Assembly (NCBI GenBank): GCA_002633005.1
Contig: NMRA01000383.1
Location: forward strand, 342,316 to 406,315
DNA from: Phoronis australis
Taxonomy: Eukaryota; Animalia; Phoronida
Direction: 5' to 3'
Length of the DNA stretch: 64,000 bases
The position numbers were made by a program, and so were the translations under genes. Shown here piece by piece: positions 62,339-64,000 of the stretch. Within the stretch, counting starts at the first letter, position 1. Every line of letters starts with the position of its first letter. The notes under the pieces were generated by a model. The model was not told the origin of the DNA, did not search any database, and saw only the letters and a list, made by a program, of their open reading frames with translations.

Positions 62339-64000
62339 TCGAATATGCACCTTTAAAATTTGACAAGACAAAAGAACAATAGTTGGGGGCCCTTATATAA
62401 AATGGCAGGGTCAACAGTATCCCAAAAATAAAATGGCTGCGAGATCATGACATAATCTGTGTCCCCCTCAATATGATGGATTACTGTGCCCTAACTCACT
62501 TTGGTTGACGAAGAACTTGCGTTGGAATAAATCAACTCTTACTGCTATCAAGTGCAAGCATAGTTGTTGTGTACTGGAGCAAACGACGATGTGATTTATG
62601 ATTTATACATAAGAATATCACAAGACATTCAGAATTGTACGTGACGAGATTTTGATTGCTGATATGCTATGCAAACTTGATGGATTTTACAATGATCATT
62701 TCTAGAAAATTTGAAAAACTATTGTGCTGTAACACTCAGAATGTGTAACTGTTACTAAACATGTTAAGTGAAGTAATTTGTCAAGTGTCTGTTAATAAAA
62801 ATCTTAGGAAATACGGAATCACATTGAACTGTTGAATGAACACCGTGAAGGGTAGTGCTAAAGGTTTATGTACATCATAAGTTATCTTGAAGACATTTCT
62901 GTTTTTCAGGATTTTAGATTTGATAGAAATGACATTTTGTTTATTATTCCAAGTTAAAGGTTACACTAAGTGTCTGTTTCTAATGTCCAGTTCATAGTGG
63001 AATACAGGTAAAAACTTCAAATTATCGGTGTTGAAGATGTACTTGATACTTGGAGGATGATAACCATTACGCAACAGTACTGATATTCTTAATGAACATG
63101 AGATTATTAAATTTTGACTGTCTGTGGTACTTGTGTACAACTCTCTGGCAATTTTAAAACGTTGATCAATCTGGTCTCAGTTGACTTTGCTTGATTGAAG
63201 ATTTTCAGAAAAGCTTAAAGAAAATCAGATGTAAAGATGTACTGCGAGGTCTGCACAACTATAGCCAGACACTGTATTCCTGTTTCCCCGCCGACGTCCC
63301 CTGGACCCTATGTTCCCCTGGACCTATTTTCTGCTGACCCTACATGTATTTTTCTCTCTCCTGATATTCCCCTGACCCTGCGTTCACTCCTCCAGATGTT
63401 CCCCGGCCCTCCTGGTTCCCCCCACTTCGGTGCTCTTTCAACATACCCAGACTGTATTTTCTGTACATATCGGAAATCAATTTCTTTCTTTCAATTATCC
63501 TGTATTTGTATGTTTCTAGTGAAAGTTGAATATCTTAGGGCTGAAAGCGGGTGAGGATCCCGACCAATCATAGAGTTCTCAAGATGTGATTTATGTCATG
63601 AATTCTCATGAAGTTAATTAAGTGCAAATTTCATCATTTCCTATGACGTACAACTATCCCAACAAACCAGTTTATGTTATATAACAATTTCGGACATCTT
63701 GTGTTGTTGTTTACTATTTCACTGACCATTGCCCACTCATAGTGAAACCCTATATGCCAAACAGCTGTCCAGACTCCATTCATGTTTATGAGTTGGATGA
63801 AATCACCGGAACTCTCAATATTGTTGTTGTTTTGCACTCACAACCCACACATATTTCTATTCACTATATATATTGTAGCTAGAGTTAATAAACTTTGTGT
63901 GTCAGTAGAAACTCAACAACTGTGTTAGTTTTTATGCTGCTCTCCATCGACTTGCTGTTGCTACCTTGTTAGCCAACTATCTACCGTTCAACCAAGAACC

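Overview
AT-rich, intron-rich draft eukaryotic (invertebrate metazoan-looking) scaffold with two N-gaps (10660-10712, 31829-32613); no prokaryotic operons, CRISPR arrays, rRNA or tRNA genes seen. Main genes reconstructed by hand: (1) a minus-strand FIRRM/C1orf112 orthologue (16 phase-consistent coding exons, 22763 down to 198, continuing off the window), with one exon present twice across an N-gap; (2) a disrupted antisense gene nested in one of its introns (signal peptide, coiled coil, CASPR-type fibrinogen-like domain); (3) a six-exon CARD-linker-death-domain adaptor gene (33576-39354) with clustered kB/STAT-like sites; (4) an intronless acidic repeat protein split by a 1-nt frameshift (52495-54410); (5) a 122-aa secreted six-cysteine prohormone-like ORF with a KR-flanked FKWPHAWF peptide (57229-57597). 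The rest is non-autonomous DNA transposons (several with 5-bp or 6-bp TSDs), Helentron-type elements carrying arrays of CTCF-like motifs, tRNA-SINEs, a LINE tail, a decayed THAP domain, foldbacks and minisatellites. Homology calls are from recalled family motifs, not from database searches.
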